A DNA stretch of 55,960 nucleotides from a virus (IMGVR_UViG_3300029893_000010:1-55960), one strand, 5' to 3'; counted from the first letter of the stretch, positions 18,569 to 28,190 are shown. Made by a program: numbers and translations. Notes: generated by a model not told the origin, from the sequence alone.

Positions 18569-19480
18569 TCACTCTCCTTTTTTCTGCCACCAGTCTATCG
18601 TTTTTTTCAATCCATCACGCAGGGGTGTGAACTTCATTCCCGTGCATGTTCGGATCGCCCAATTATCCATGTACACGCTTCCGCGTGGGTCATGCGAGTT
18701 TGTGTGTTCCCATTTATAACCCCGAACATCACAAAGATCTGCAATCTCGTCAACAACCTCGTTGACAGAATGGCTTTTTCCGGTCGCAAGGTTCATCGTT
18801 CCGTCCAAATCGTCCACGGTGGCTAATAGGTGTGCATACGCAACATCCTCGACGAACACAAAGTCCCGTTCCTGCCGTCCGTCACCCACGATTTTGAAGT
18901 CTGTTCCGTTGAAAAAATGGGACAATGAGCGGGCGATCACCTGGTTTTCACCAATGGACACCTGTTTCGGACCATAGACATTAGCGTAGCGAAAGATGCA
19001 ATGCGGAACATCGCTTTGCCGGATATACCATTCGGCAGCCAGTTTGCTGATGCCATACGGGCTGTCAGGCATAAGGGTCGAGTGCTCCTTCAATCGCCCC
19101 CAACGCTTCCGACCATACACTGCCGAGGTGCTCGAGAACACGAACCGTCTCACATTGTATCTTTTTGCCATGGCAAGCAGGTTGAGGGTCCCGACGATGT
19201 TGACCCGTGCGTCCTGCGCCGGGTTTTTCTCGGATACGGATATTGCGGACTGTGCTGCAAGATGGTGGATGATGTCCGGCTTGTAGATCGAGAATTTCCG
19301 CTGGAGCAATTGGTTGTCGGCAACATCGCAGATCTCGATGCTTCCGCGAAATCCTTTCAGGTTCTCGGTTCGTCCGGTGACAAAATTGTCGATCACTACG
19401 ACCTTATGACCATATTCTTCCAATGTTTTGGCGACATGGCTTCCGATAAAGCCAGCGCCACCAGTAACCATGATGTTCAT
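18569..19480 (-). CDS. NAD-dependent nucleotide-sugar epimerase/dehydratase (GalE-like SDR)
   Basis: GGAGFIG, SSTSAVYG, YGISK, RYANVYGP, RDFVFVED. Confidence 0.9.
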   Translation of the reverse strand: MNIMVTGGAGFIGSHVAKTLEEYGHKVVVIDNFVTGRTENLKGFRGSIEICDVADNQLLQRKFSIYKPDIIHHLAAQSAISVSEKNPAQDARVNIVGTLNLLAMAKRYNVRRFVFSSTSAVYGRKRWGRLKEHSTLMPDSPYGISKLAAEWYIRQSDVPHCIFRYANVYGPKQVSIGENQVIARSLSHFFNGTDFKIVGDGRQERDFVFVEDVAYAHLLATVDDLDGTMNLATGKSHSVNEVVDEIADLCDVRGYKWEHTNSHDPRGSVYMDNWAIRTCTGMKFTPLRDGLKKTIDWWQKKGE

Positions 19481-19884
19481 AGCGGTTTTCCGTTCGTATC
19501 GTAAGTCATATTTTCCTTCTCGTAAACGATGGTGTCTTTGAACACCTCGAAGCCAAGAGCCTTCAAGCGGACGATCATCAGGTGTGCGGCGAAAATGTTG
19601 CTGGAGTGGACGCGCATGACCGGCTTTTTCTTTCCGAACGGCCAGCCTGTCTTTTCAATATAACGCACGATCTCCATCCCGCAGGTTGGCGTGTCAGGGT
19701 CCTGAAAGTCATGCCCATTCAGGTCGTGGTCAAGAGAGACAAAGTCCCAATCGCTGCTGGACATCTGCTGAAGCGCCTCGGGTACGCAGGTGGCAATCGT
19801 CACATCGTAACCCTTGAGGTTCTCCAGCGCCCAATGAATTCGCTTTGTGCGGTCATCCACGAAGAGGAGTTTCTTCATCATCAC
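19477..19884 (-). CDS. Receiver-like domain protein (cyclic-phosphate-processing REC type)
   Basis: LFVDD, VSLDHDL, VHSSN motifs. Confidence 0.7.
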   Translation of the reverse strand: MMMKKLLFVDDRTKRIHWALENLKGYDVTIATCVPEALQQMSSSDWDFVSLDHDLNGHDFQDPDTPTCGMEIVRYIEKTGWPFGKKKPVMRVHSSNIFAAHLMIVRLKALGFEVFKDTIVYEKENMTYDTNGKPL

Positions 19885-20117
19885 ATCTCACCTCTCATCC
19901 TTGCCATCGTCCGAAGGTAACGACGACGGTGGCGATTTTTCCTTATCTGCCTTTCTATGCTTTCCGGGTCGTTCATGAAATCGAATATATCAGGGTGCAT
20001 TACCGAGAACAATTTCATTCCGTTCTGTGTGGATTCTTTGGCGGCGTCCGCGGCTTTTTTGAAAGCGTTCCCAAGTTCCTGCAATGCCTTCACTAGGGAT
20101 TCCATATCAATTTCCAT
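19881..20117 (-). CDS. Hypothetical protein
   Basis: Overlapping starts and stops within the operon. Confidence 0.5.
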   Translation of the reverse strand: MEIDMESLVKALQELGNAFKKAADAAKESTQNGMKLFSVMHPDIFDFMNDPESIERQIRKNRHRRRYLRTMARMRGEM

Positions 20118-21078
20118 AGATGATTTTACTTCCTTCCATTTCTATTCCAAAATCGACCTTACGCAGACCTGTTTCGCGCAGAATGTCACGGTGGGTTGAC
20201 ACAGGCGCCAAAACGAACATAAATCCGCCTCCTCCGGCGCCAAGAAGTTTTGCGCCCCATCCTCCGCATCGCAAAATGTCCTTATGCCATTTGTCAACAT
20301 TGGGGTTGGTGATTCCGGATGCAAATGTGCGCTTGAGACGCCAGCCCTCATCCATGATGGCTGCAAGATATTTTATGGAAGCACCGCTGACCATGGCTTG
20401 ATGGAATTCCTGCGCAAGTTCTGTCATCTTTTTCATGGACGAAACCGAACGCCCTTCATGGGCATTGAGAGACTGTTCCTTGAGGATTTCGTTCGCAGAA
20501 CGTCCACTGCCTGTCCATAGAAGAAGGGCATGTCTTTCAAAGTCGTCCACCCACTCCTGTGAGACGTTCAACCTGCGTATGCAAACGTTCCGCTTTCCAA
20601 AGGTGATGTAGTTTACGCCACCGTAAGCGGCCGCATATTGATCCTGCTTTCCAACCGATGCGCCGCACTCTGTCTCGACCGTCCATGCCCGTTCCGCAAG
20701 GATGGCGCGCGGGTCAAGATCTTCGGGGTCTTTCAGGAGAGCCTTGAGGAGTCCAACCGTGAAGGAACTTGAAGATCCCAGCCCGCTGCCATGCCCCGGG
20801 ATGTCCGCCACGGACGTGATCTCAAGATGGTTGAATATTTTCGTCATACCAAGCGCGGTACGGACCAGATCGTGCTGGATCTGGTTGCGGCTTTCCACGT
20901 CCTCGGTCTTGGAGTACGAAATGCGAAACCCATCCTCGAAGCGTTTGTTGCATGAAACATACACATATTTCTTGATTGCAAAGTTCACGACCGCGCCAAG
21001 GTGTTTTTCGTAGAACGACGGAATGTCCGTTCCGCCTCCGATCAGGGAGATCCGCAGGGGTGTGCGTGTGATTATCAT
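20107..21078 (-). CDS. hddA: GHMP kinase, D-glycero-alpha-D-manno-heptose-7-phosphate kinase-like
   Basis: RTPLRISLIGGGTD, GSGLGSSS, GKQDQYAAAYGG, GAKLLGAGGGG. Confidence 0.85.
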   Translation of the reverse strand: MIITRTPLRISLIGGGTDIPSFYEKHLGAVVNFAIKKYVYVSCNKRFEDGFRISYSKTEDVESRNQIQHDLVRTALGMTKIFNHLEITSVADIPGHGSGLGSSSSFTVGLLKALLKDPEDLDPRAILAERAWTVETECGASVGKQDQYAAAYGGVNYITFGKRNVCIRRLNVSQEWVDDFERHALLLWTGSGRSANEILKEQSLNAHEGRSVSSMKKMTELAQEFHQAMVSGASIKYLAAIMDEGWRLKRTFASGITNPNVDKWHKDILRCGGWGAKLLGAGGGGFMFVLAPVSTHRDILRETGLRKVDFGIEMEGSKIIYGN

Positions 21079-21767
21079 TGCCAACTCTTTTCTGTGCCAA
21101 TGTGCTTCCAGGCGCCCCACACAGAAATTCCAGCCGGTCTCCATATCCACGGACCCGTATTCAGGCGGTACTGGTCATCCATGTGCAGTTCGATATTCCC
21201 TGGATTCCTGTCCTCCGCAAACCATCCGTATGCTTTTGTAAATCTTGCATGACGGATATAGGGATTGCCAGAGTAGGCATATTGGGTACTTTCCATGTAT
21301 TGCAGGAACATTTCGCCGTTACAGCCTACGGTGTGGACATCGGCTCCAGACGAAAGGATGCGATAGGTGATCGCTCCAACATCCTCCCGATCCGAAAGGA
21401 TGCGCATGTGCCGGGTGATGTCAAGAGTCTCGTCAAGGTTCCAGTCGTCCTCCAGCCAAAGTACATAATCGCTGAATTGATGGCAGATACCGAGCCCTTT
21501 GTTCCAGCCAATCCCGGCGTTGTGAGTATCCTCTTCGCCTTCATTGCGTATCCTGGCACTATGGAATCCGATGATGCGTTCGTTATTCTTCTCTAGCAGT
21601 TCCATGATTGACGCCATGTGATCCTGCGGGGATCCATCGTCCGCAATGTACCATCCGCGATTTTCCTTTGGATAACAAAGGTTTTCGCATGTCGATTTTA
21701 TTGTTTTCAGCGCCACTTCGGTGCGCTTGTATGTTGCAATGCAGATCGCAAGGTTAGGCGATGTCAT
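21075..21767 (-). CDS. GT2-like glycosyltransferase
   Basis: ICIATYKR, IADDGS, WLEDD. Confidence 0.8.
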   Translation of the reverse strand: MTSPNLAICIATYKRTEVALKTIKSTCENLCYPKENRGWYIADDGSPQDHMASIMELLEKNNERIIGFHSARIRNEGEEDTHNAGIGWNKGLGICHQFSDYVLWLEDDWNLDETLDITRHMRILSDREDVGAITYRILSSGADVHTVGCNGEMFLQYMESTQYAYSGNPYIRHARFTKAYGWFAEDRNPGNIELHMDDQYRLNTGPWIWRPAGISVWGAWKHIGTEKSWQ

Positions 21768-22701
21768 TCTTCAACAACTCCGCAAGTTCTTCCCTGGTAA
21801 GCCGCTCTGCGTTCTCGCTCGTGAACGGGATTCCCAATTCTGTTACGACCCTCTGTGTCGTTGTCGGTCGGACGACAAAGAAATCGTCGTGACTGCGAAC
21901 GAACTCAGCCTCCTCGAGAGACACAAGCGTTTCGTGTTTCTTCTCTCCGGGACGCATCGGAACCTGCCGATTGCCATGTTCTCCAATGGTGTAATCGAAT
22001 AACTGCTGGATGGACAATGACTTGAGTTTCGGAACGTAGATCTCACCGCTCTCCAATTCCAAACAATCCTCCACGATCTTTGCGGCGTGTGCAGGGGAAA
22101 GCCAGAAGCGGGTCATCTCCGGGTCTGTGATGGTCGGGGTTTCACCGCGCTCGATCTGCGCCTTCCACACCTCAATGACAGAGGCGGTGGACTCCAGTAC
22201 ATTCCCATACCGGACAAGGTGAAACTTTGTGTGAACAGGCAGGCGCGAGTATTCCTGAAAGATCTTCTCCATCAGATACTTTGTGGCGCCGTAGGCATTG
22301 GCTGGATGACAGGCTTTGTCGGTCGAGATGCCGATCACGCGATCAATTCCATGCTGGATGGCTGCGTTGGCAACATTGATTGACCCTTCTACATTGATAT
22401 GGTATGTGTCAATTGAGTTGTATTCACTTGTTGGGATCTCTTTCACTGCCGCAGCGTGAATAACGATGTCGTGTCCCGCCATTGCGTTATAAAGCGTGGT
22501 GTAGTCCCTTACATCACCAACAACTGTATGTATAAATGGAAAAAACCTTTTTATCCGAGCGTGCTTTGTTGGATCTGTTGAGAAAATGGTTATGTGATTC
22601 CCGTAATCCCTCTCTATACACCTTCTTATTATTTCCGTTCCAAGGGTGCCACACCCTCCAGTCACGAAAAGTCTTGCGTTATTGAAAGCATTTTTACTCA
22701 T
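21754..22701 (-). CDS. UDP-GlcNAc 4,6-dehydratase-like SDR (PseB/FnlA/CapD family)
   Basis: TGGCGTLG, HAAAVK, ISTDKA, YGATK, RYGNVL, RPGEKKHE. Confidence 0.9.
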   Translation of the reverse strand: MSKNAFNNARLFVTGGCGTLGTEIIRRCIERDYGNHITIFSTDPTKHARIKRFFPFIHTVVGDVRDYTTLYNAMAGHDIVIHAAAVKEIPTSEYNSIDTYHINVEGSINVANAAIQHGIDRVIGISTDKACHPANAYGATKYLMEKIFQEYSRLPVHTKFHLVRYGNVLESTASVIEVWKAQIERGETPTITDPEMTRFWLSPAHAAKIVEDCLELESGEIYVPKLKSLSIQQLFDYTIGEHGNRQVPMRPGEKKHETLVSLEEAEFVRSHDDFFVVRPTTTQRVVTELGIPFTSENAERLTREELAELLKNDIA

Positions 22702-22749
22702 TACATTATCCTTTCTTTAATATTATAATAACAGGTGGAAGGAGAAAAA

Positions 22750-23613
22750 ATGACACCTGGTATATATATGTTCACATGCTCTAAAAATGGAGATAGATAC
22801 ATAGGCTCATCGTCAAACATTGAAAACAGAAGGCGGAATCATGTTATTTTACTTAAAAATAAGAAGCATCACAACAAACACTTCCAAAATATATGGAATA
22901 AATACGGAGAAGATTCGTTTTCGTTTGAACTAATTGAGGTGGTTGATGACTTATCAAAGTTAATAGAGAGAGAGCAATTCTGGATTGATTTGTGGAAACC
23001 AGAAATAAATAAGGCAATAAAAGCAGAAAGTGGATTTCTTGGATTGAAACATAAGAAAGAAACAAAGGAGATGTTGAAAAATATTCAAAAAAACAGACTA
23101 AAATCACAGGAGTTAATTGAAGCCTTACGGAGAGCCGCCATAGAACAAAATAAAAAGCACCCAAACCCAATGAAGGGAAGATCTTTATCGGAAGATCAGA
23201 AAAAACATTTACGCGAGATGGGGAAAAGGCAATTCGAGAGCGAAGAATCGAGAAAAAAGCATTCTGACTTGATGAAAAAATGGATGACACCAGAAATGCG
23301 AAAACGAATAAGTAAAGCGAAAATAGGAAAGAAGCAATCCGAAGAAACAAAGAAAAAAAGGAGTAAGTCTCTTCAAAGAGCCTGGAATAATTATACAAAT
23401 GAACAAAAAGAAAACAGAATAAATAAAACAAAAGAAAAAGTAGTGTCAGCGAGGGCGAAATTATACGAAGGATTTGTTTCTCCGAGCGGAGAAGTGTACG
23501 AAAATGTTTATAACATGGCTGAGTTTTGCAGAATTCACGGATTAACTCATTCAAGTATGATACGCCTTGATAAAGGATTTTCAAAAACGCATAAGGGATG
23601 GAAAAAAATATAG
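22750..23613 (+). CDS. Free-standing GIY-YIG homing endonuclease with NUMOD3-like repeats
   Basis: GIY...YIGSS...R..H; K(H/Q)SEET-type repeats; AT-rich; antisense to the surrounding operon. Confidence 0.9.
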   Translation: MTPGIYMFTCSKNGDRYIGSSSNIENRRRNHVILLKNKKHHNKHFQNIWNKYGEDSFSFELIEVVDDLSKLIEREQFWIDLWKPEINKAIKAESGFLGLKHKKETKEMLKNIQKNRLKSQELIEALRRAAIEQNKKHPNPMKGRSLSEDQKKHLREMGKRQFESEESRKKHSDLMKKWMTPEMRKRISKAKIGKKQSEETKKKRSKSLQRAWNNYTNEQKENRINKTKEKVVSARAKLYEGFVSPSGEVYENVYNMAEFCRIHGLTHSSMIRLDKGFSKTHKGWKKI

Positions 23614-23736
23614 ACATACTTCCTCTTTCGCTTCCCATAAGGGTGACATAGGAACGCAGGAGCGGGGAAGCGGCGCCATTTCGTCAGAGGCCAGGACTGA
23701 CGATACCTTTTGCTCCTATGCCACCATTATACAACG

Positions 23737-23766
23737 AAAAAAGGGAGTGCCGCGAACGGCACTCCC
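23737..23766 (-). terminator. Intrinsic terminator after the capsid gene
   Basis: GGGAGTGCCG-TTCG-CGGCACTCCC followed by T6 on the minus strand. Confidence 0.85.
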
Positions 23767-23777
23767 AATCGTTATCG

Positions 23778-25274
23778 TTAGGCGCCTGAACCGGGTCCGC
23801 TCAGATTGTACTCACTGAACGGGCTGGGGAACGGGCGTCCGGTCTTGACACCGCCATTGACGTGGTAATACTGCGAGGGCAGCGGGTCATCGGTGTGCTG
23901 GAGCGGGACGTAGACAACATCGGTCAGACGACCGGCCAACTGCGGGGTGCGCAGGATCAGGCGCGGTTCGGTCTTGGCGATGGCTTCCATACACCAGTTG
24001 TCAGGGGCTTTCATCGACCAGAGGAATGCGCCGTTGTCGCTCCAGTACCAGGTCGGGAGACCGCTCATCTGCGGGATGACATCGTTGCGATAGTCATAAT
24101 ACTCCCAATACAGGGTGCGAAGCGATCCGCCGCGGGCGGTCAACGGGACGATGTAGATGTCGGAGGCGAATCCGCCGATAGGCATGGCGGCGTTGGCGGA
24201 ATGGTTCTCTTCCATGATACAGTCGTCGAGGACGACCTGGTACGGTTTGCTGTTGATGAGCAGGTAATTCCCTTCACGCATCGCATCACGCATACGAACA
24301 TTCTCAAGGTAGAGGGAGTCGTAAGCAGCGGAGGTCACACCCGTGCCGTCCGTGTTGTACTGGACAGGCCAGAATCGGGTGAGTTCCCAGAACAATTGCG
24401 AGCGCATGACGAGCGCAAACTTCACAGGCGAGAGGTTCTGTTGTTTCGCCTTGTTCTCAAGGATATACATCATCGTGGAGAGGGTGCGGTAGATGTCCGG
24501 GTCGGTGGAGGATGAGATGTTCTTGTACCCAAAGGACTTGATGTCCGAGTACAGCGACGGACAGGCAGCGCCGGTCAGCGCATCCACCTTGGTGCGCGAG
24601 ATCAACAGGTCAAGACCCATGAACTCTTTGTAACCACCGCCAGCCGAGGAGTTCGCCGGATTGCCGGTGTAGACCTGCGGGCAATACCACCGCTGGAACG
24701 CCACAGCCACTTCGACCATGCGCATGGCGATCTCGTTACCGGCAAGGATGGAGTTCTGTGCATTGAGGTTGAAGGCGCCCTGCATGAGACCCGCCATGCC
24801 GTTCACAAGCGGACCATTCACGAGGCGCAGATCGGTAAACTCACCACGGTTGATTCGTTGTCCGATCTTGTTCACCTCGACCTGACGCGTTTTGAATTCC
24901 TTGCGCCCGAACACAGTGGTCTGGATACAGGTCTTGAAGTTCCCGGCTTCTTCCGGGTCATCACAGACACCGTTCTTTTCCTGCTGGTCACTGCGGAGGA
25001 ATCCGGTGATGTACGGGAAAAGCGGGTTGGTGTCACTGGACTCAACGATGGGGAGCATTTCGCCCAGAGAGCCGGTGATCTGCGTGAAGGTCGAAATGAC
25101 ATCACGCTCAAGACCACGGACACCGAACAGACCGCCAGGACCGTGAACATACGGACCGACAGGAGCGCCGACCGTTTGTGCCTTCTGGATGGTTCCGCCC
25201 CCCGCTTCTGCAAGCGCGCGGGCAAAGGCCTCACCAAAGGCAGCGGGATCAATATTTTGAGTCTTAGGGAACAT
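23778..25274 (-). CDS. Major capsid protein
   Basis: 498 aa after the scaffold/protease, strong AGGAGG RBS, followed by a terminator; EFMGLD motif. Confidence 0.75.
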   Translation of the reverse strand: MFPKTQNIDPAAFGEAFARALAEAGGGTIQKAQTVGAPVGPYVHGPGGLFGVRGLERDVISTFTQITGSLGEMLPIVESSDTNPLFPYITGFLRSDQQEKNGVCDDPEEAGNFKTCIQTTVFGRKEFKTRQVEVNKIGQRINRGEFTDLRLVNGPLVNGMAGLMQGAFNLNAQNSILAGNEIAMRMVEVAVAFQRWYCPQVYTGNPANSSAGGGYKEFMGLDLLISRTKVDALTGAACPSLYSDIKSFGYKNISSSTDPDIYRTLSTMMYILENKAKQQNLSPVKFALVMRSQLFWELTRFWPVQYNTDGTGVTSAAYDSLYLENVRMRDAMREGNYLLINSKPYQVVLDDCIMEENHSANAAMPIGGFASDIYIVPLTARGGSLRTLYWEYYDYRNDVIPQMSGLPTWYWSDNGAFLWSMKAPDNWCMEAIAKTEPRLILRTPQLAGRLTDVVYVPLQHTDDPLPSQYYHVNGGVKTGRPFPSPFSEYNLSGPGSGA

Positions 25275-25289
25275 AGTCTGGTTCCTCCT

Positions 25290-27002
25290 TTATTGGGAAG
25301 TCTCAAGAGGCTCAACACCAACCGCTTCGGCGAACCAATTTGCCTGCGGTTTCTGCTTGACGAGTTTGTCGTCCTCTGAAACAACGTTATCTTTGGATGT
25401 GGACGGGCGCGTCCACGCCATTTTCTGCGTGACAGGAGGCGAGATCTTTTCCGCGAGTTTTTCGTCCGCATTGCTGGAAAGCGATTTCACCAGATTTTCC
25501 AGAACCTCGACCTTCTCAAGGGCGTCCTTCGCTTCTGCAACAAATTGGTTCAAGCCGGGAACATCAAGATGCTCGCTGACCGCTTTGATGATGGCTTCCA
25601 TGTCCGGCAAAGGCGCAGGTGCATCCTGTTTCTGGTGCGTCTCGGAAGCGGGCGCAGGCGTTTCTTCCTGCGGCTTCTTTTCCTTTTCCTCCACGCCAGC
25701 GGCGCGAAGGTCAGCCTGCTTGAGTCCCGAAGCCTCGTAGTATTCCTCAGCCCGTTCGTCGCCAAGCAGTGACGCGATATATTTCTTCTTATCCATATCA
25801 GCCTCCTTGCTAATTACGGAAATATCTGTGAACGGATTGGCGGCGTTTTCAAGCGGCAAATCCGATACTTCAACCATTCTGTATTTCGTGATCTGTTTTG
25901 GATCGTTCCGGTCACGTTCCAGGACGATGGTGCCGTGGGACATGCCAAGGTCGGTTTCCTTTTCAACGCGCATCAAGGCGGCAGCCTCTTCCGGCTCCAA
26001 GGGAGCGGACATCAGCATGAATCCATTCGTAAAATCAACGAAATCCACCTGATGCTTGCGTACCAGGCCTGCTTCATGCCATGTCGTAAAAACAGGCGCA
26101 AGGTGCATGTGTTCGTTGACCCATCCGGCATATTCCTCGTGCGCTTCCTTTGTCAGGATCTCGCCGTCCGTATCCTTGAAATTGTTCGTAGGCCACATCA
26201 CAGCCCGCCATGACCCGGACGAATCCTTTTCGATCATGATCGCCCCAGCGGTTTTCTCCATTTTTCCAATACCCATCTTCTTCGCGGCGGAACGGATCTT
26301 TGGGAGCGCCGCTTTTGCATCTGACGCCCCTTCCCCACCCTCTTCGATCTGTTGCGCCGCACGGGCGAGCGCGTTGCGTACATGTGCCTTGTCGTGGATG
26401 GGGTACTTGCGAACCTTTTTTCCATCACGTTCCACAACAAAAGCAAAGTCGGCATCGGAAAGTTTTTGTTCAGCGGCGTAGGTGAGTTTCGCCTTGGAGA
26501 TAAAATCCGTAAACCGTTCAAATGTGGATGTGTGGCGGGCGTCCTTTGCAAGCAACGATGAGATCTGGAGAACCTCCAATTCATCGTCGGTAATGGACTT
26601 TTCCATCCTGCCGGTTATTTTTTTTACGCGTTCTGAGTACCCACTGCCAACACTTGCGATGGCTTTCCCCTTTTCCTCTGGTGGCATCTCGCTGTAAAGA
26701 ATGTTGCTGACAAGATCGGACACCTTCCAGGATTCGCGGCGAACCTTGTCCGCCTTGATGGTGGCTTCCTCAAGAGCGTCCATTTCCTTCCACGAGGTTG
26801 GAATATTTGCGGATTGCCGGACAAGATCCTCTTCGGCATAATATTTTTCAACAACGTCCTGATCTTCTTGAGAATCAGAATCCTTGAGAATGGAATCCTC
26901 TTCATCACTCTCAAGTTCAAGTTCATTGCTTTTGATTTTGTCTCGTTCCGTGTGGCGCTGGCGTGTAGCGCGTCGTTTTTCGCGGAGTTTCTTGTTTGCC
27001 AT
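25290..27002 (-). CDS. Prohead protease / scaffold protein
   Basis: LSDADFA...RKYPIHDKAHVRNALAR segment, DTDGEI...GMSHG...EVSDLP..AANP protease-like motifs, acidic scaffold tail. Confidence 0.75.
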   Translation of the reverse strand: MANKKLREKRRATRQRHTERDKIKSNELELESDEEDSILKDSDSQEDQDVVEKYYAEEDLVRQSANIPTSWKEMDALEEATIKADKVRRESWKVSDLVSNILYSEMPPEEKGKAIASVGSGYSERVKKITGRMEKSITDDELEVLQISSLLAKDARHTSTFERFTDFISKAKLTYAAEQKLSDADFAFVVERDGKKVRKYPIHDKAHVRNALARAAQQIEEGGEGASDAKAALPKIRSAAKKMGIGKMEKTAGAIMIEKDSSGSWRAVMWPTNNFKDTDGEILTKEAHEEYAGWVNEHMHLAPVFTTWHEAGLVRKHQVDFVDFTNGFMLMSAPLEPEEAAALMRVEKETDLGMSHGTIVLERDRNDPKQITKYRMVEVSDLPLENAANPFTDISVISKEADMDKKKYIASLLGDERAEEYYEASGLKQADLRAAGVEEKEKKPQEETPAPASETHQKQDAPAPLPDMEAIIKAVSEHLDVPGLNQFVAEAKDALEKVEVLENLVKSLSSNADEKLAEKISPPVTQKMAWTRPSTSKDNVVSEDDKLVKQKPQANWFAEAVGVEPLETSQ

Positions 27003-27058
27003 CTTTCTCTCCATTTTTGGCATTGTAACGTAGAAATGGAGATTTTTGTCAAAATACG

Positions 27059-27093
27059 CAAAATGCACCCGCGAAAGGGACGGGTGCATTTTG
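27059..27093. terminator. Stem-loop between the cassette array and the head genes
   Basis: CAAAATGCACCCG / CGGGTGCATTTTG 13-bp inverted repeat. Confidence 0.55.
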
Positions 27094-27130
27094 TCTGAGT
27101 GGAGCAGGCACGAAGCGAACTTCCTGATTT

Positions 27131-27139
27131 ATTATAGCA
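27131..27139 (-). promoter_or_regulatory. Extended -10 promoter element
   Basis: TGCTATAAT upstream of the scaffold gene. Confidence 0.5.
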
Positions 27140-27143
27140 TAAT

Positions 27144-27317
27144 TTACGGTCTTTGCCTTGAAATGTTTATGACATCTTTTTGGTATTGAACGGTCAATAC
27201 CATTGCGTCTTTATGGGAGAATCCGCTTTCTATCAAAGCATCATAATAAGCACGAACCAAAGTAGCGAACTGGCTGACACCTTGAACAAGTTTTTCAAAA
27301 TCTGTAAGTTCTTCCAC
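27144..27317 (-). CDS. Small hypothetical protein (57 aa)
   Basis: GTG start with GGAGG RBS; MEELTDFEKL...YYDALIESGFS. Confidence 0.6.
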   Translation of the reverse strand: MEELTDFEKLVQGVSQFATLVRAYYDALIESGFSHKDAMVLTVQYQKDVINISRQRP

Positions 27318-27343
27318 TTTTGATACCTCCGCCAGTATGGGGC

Positions 27344-27451
27344 TGGCTACGGGCTTGCGCTACCTGCCGTATTTTGTGGATTTGCGCTGGGTAGTGGATG
27401 ACGACTTTTGAACCGTAGACTTGGCGATGTCAGGTGGACGCTTTGTTTGGC
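27344..27451 (-). other. attC A7 (terminal, non-canonical core GTAGCCA)
   Basis: GCCAAACAAAGCGTCCACCTGAC...GCAGGTAGCGCAAGCCCGTAGCC. Confidence 0.65.
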
Positions 27452-27560
27452 GGCGCTCTGGAATAAAAGATACCACCAAAAACAACAAGACTGAAACACA
27501 AAGACCAATTGCCGACTCAATAATTTTTACTTGTCTGTAATTCTCAAGGAACCAATCCAT
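27360..27560 (-). CDS. Cassette A7 small membrane protein
   Basis: One TM segment; AAAGG RBS; stop lies in the attC L' box. Confidence 0.65.
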   Translation of the reverse strand: MDWFLENYRQVKIIESAIGLCVSVLLFLVVSFIPERRQTKRPPDIAKSTVQKSSSTTQRKSTKYGR

Positions 27561-27592
27561 CGTTTTACCTTTCTCTCGGATGGCAAGGAAGC

Positions 27593-27727
27593 CGCCAACG
27601 GTTATGCTTTACCTGCGAATGCCGCAGTTTTCGCATTCCAACATTTCTGGCGTATCCAACGTACCATCCCATTTGAAAACATGAGGAAGCCCAGTGCGGC
27701 ATTTGTCAGGTGCAAGCGGTGTTAGAA
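27593..27727 (-). other. attC A6
   Basis: TTCTAACACCGCTTGCACCTGACAAATGCCGCA...TGCGGCATTCGCAGGTAAAGCATAACCGTTGGCG. Confidence 0.85.
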
Positions 27728-27866
27728 GGCGTTCTTGCTGGCAAGTTTTACACTGGCAATCTCTACCATGTAGGTGATTCGGATGCGTGAAGTATTCGCC
27801 ACATTTAGCGCAAAACCTGTTTTCAGGAAAGACAACATCAGGCAAGGTCATAAAATAATGTTTCAT
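27609..27866 (-). CDS. Cassette A6 second ORF, Cys/His-rich
   Basis: MKHYFM start, GAGG RBS, several CxxC; stop in L'. Confidence 0.65.
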   Translation of the reverse strand: MKHYFMTLPDVVFPENRFCAKCGEYFTHPNHLHGRDCQCKTCQQERLLTPLAPDKCRTGLPHVFKWDGTLDTPEMLECENCGIRR

Positions 27867-28066
27867 TTTTTTACCTCGTATTCGTAACAATCTTGGCATA
27901 CACCCTTTTTATACACAACACCTTCACCGCAAACAGAGCAAATAGCAGATTTCTTACAATTTTCACACTTATACACGCGCAAAACTACATTGCTATCAAT
28001 TACCTTCATGTAGAAATTTAGTTTTTCGTGGCAAGACGAGCATGTTAGTATTATTGACGTTTGCAT
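27863..28066 (-). CDS. Cassette A6 first ORF, zinc-finger protein
   Basis: Four CxxC motifs; ATGA overlap with the next ORF. Confidence 0.65.
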   Translation of the reverse strand: MQTSIILTCSSCHEKLNFYMKVIDSNVVLRVYKCENCKKSAICSVCGEGVVYKKGVCQDCYEYEVKK

Positions 28067-28073
28067 GATAGCC

Positions 28074-28190
28074 TTCTAACGGTTTGCGTTACCTGCGCTC
28101 ATTCTTCGCCCGAACACTCATGGCAAAGAGGGATAATTTCATCGCCACAACCTGTGCAGTAAATAGCGTCAGGTACACGCTTTGTTAGAA
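28074..28190 (-). other. attC A5
   Basis: TTCTAACAAAGCGTGTACCTGACGC...GCGCAGGTAACGCAAACCGTTAGAA. Confidence 0.9.

Noticed and set aside
22853-23638. 261-aa minus-strand ORF
   Set aside because: Phe/Leu/Ser-rich antisense shadow of the Lys-rich endonuclease gene.
22702-23640. Group I intron around the GIY-YIG gene
   Set aside because: The ORF is antisense to the operon, fills almost the whole gap, and no intron core elements were recognised.
23642-23725. tRNA or second hammerhead
   Set aside because: An acceptor-like stem is present but there is no T-loop or D-arm. CTGACGA is not directly followed by stem II and GAAA.
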